Shown: positions 62,870-64,000 of the stretch, piece by piece
Layout: each line of letters opens with the position of its first letter
Position numbering within the stretch: the first letter of the stretch is position 1
NCBI GenBank assembly: GCA_051313645.2
Contig: JBNRSN020000016.1
Location: 127,534,001 to 127,598,000, forward strand
Source: Centroscyllium fabricii
Taxonomy: Eukaryota
Length of the DNA: 64,000 nucleotides
Reading direction: 5' to 3'
The notes under the pieces: generated by a model
Told to the model about the DNA's origin: nothing
What the model saw: the letters and a program-made list of their open reading frames with translations, nothing else
Database searches by the model: none
Program-made: the position numbers and the translations under genes

Positions 62870-63403
62870 TACTGCATTTTGCCTGCCAGGCATTAACATT
62901 TTTTGAGAGGCAGAAGTTTTGAAAATCCAGGGTCAAACAGGAATGTGTTTATTAGAAATAAATGCTGTACAACTTAGTTTATTAGTGACTTAAGAGCACA
63001 TGAATACATTCTCAATGGGTTAGTGCAGGTGGCAAATACTTTAAGAATGTATTACTGATTCAGCGCCTCCAAATGATGCGATTTAAAAAAGAGCTGGGCC
63101 AGAGAAAAACTAAATATTCAGTTGCTGACTCATTAGAAATAGCCCTTTGGCAAAAATGGCAAGCTTCACTTTTGTTTAAGGCAATTCAACAATTTATATT
63201 TCACAGGCATAGACAATTTCATTCATCATTAATCCACTCTGTCCTGCTCCTTCAATGGGAAACAGGGTAGGGAAAGAGAGAAGAGTAAACGTTTTAACTG
63301 ACTGCATGGTTTCTTTGCCAAATTTACAAAAAGAATCGTTACCTGGAGATTTGAGTTCAATTCCTTTTTGAAAAGGAAAAACAGCTATCTAACCACTATC
63401 TAA

Positions 63404-64000
63404 TGCCCCGGTTTCACTGGAGGCTACGAATTGCCGAATCATCCCGAATCTGAAATTTGTCCGATTCGTGGGTAATTCTTGCAATTCGTAAACGATTCGT
63501 GGTTGATTCGTAGCGGATTCGTAGAGTTCGCGGAAGTTCGCGTGATTTCTTTGATTTTTCAAGAAAGTTTTTGTTTGGCAAAAAATTTCGTGGGAGGGTT
63601 CACGAATGTCCAATTCGTGATAGATTCCTAAACAATTCGTGACCCTTTCTTATCGTTCTTAACCCTTTCTTACCGTCCGTAACGGCTTCGTAATCGATTC
63701 GTAGTGCATTCTTGCCTATTCTTGGGCATTCTTGATTTTCTCAAATTCGTGGAACCACGCCGAATACATCACGAATGTCCACGAATGTCCTACGAATGCA
63801 CTATGAATGCAATTCGTAGATAATTCGTGCAATTCGTAGATAATTCTTAGAATTCGTAACTTAATCGTGGAGGTCGTAGTGGATTCGTAATTTAATTCTG
63901 CATATTCGTAAGTGATTCGTACCTCATTCCTACAATAATTCGTGATAGATTCGTAACCTTGTCCAGAATCGCCAAGAATTAACCAAGAATTGCCAAGAAT
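63404..64000. mobile_element. Probable non-autonomous DNA transposon (Harbinger-like end), running off the window
   Basis: TAA|TGCCCCGGTTTCACT followed by an abrupt switch to sequence saturated with ATTCGT/ACGAAT motifs. The other end is not visible. Confidence 0.5.

Overview
Eukaryotic DNA, very likely from a cartilaginous fish (shark-type HE1/V-SINEs, CR1 LINEs, Penelope-like elements). The only supportable protein-coding gene is TRIM71/lin-41 on the minus strand. Three coding exons lie in the window: 50524-50357 (B-box2/coiled coil), 24492-24358 (coiled coil) and 22657-21206 (filamin + NHL repeats, stop). The first coding exon (RING/B-box1) must lie beyond the right edge. An inferred ~6 kb repeat-free 3'UTR carries clustered let-7 and miR-125 seed sites and ends near an AATAAA at 15247-15242. 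The rest is intron or intergenic sequence dense in nested mobile elements and minisatellites. The most interesting non-genic observations are: a tRNA-Glu + SINE chimera inserted as one unit; a 5S-rRNA-promoter SINE with a Rex1-type tail; a Penelope-derived hammerhead core closed by a 38-bp inverted repeat in the pre-mRNA sense; a visible tail swap in the main SINE family; and a Tigger-like MITE family packed with NRF1/YY1-like motifs. Repeat family names come from recognition by eye, not database searches, and repeat boundaries are approximate unless a TSD is given.
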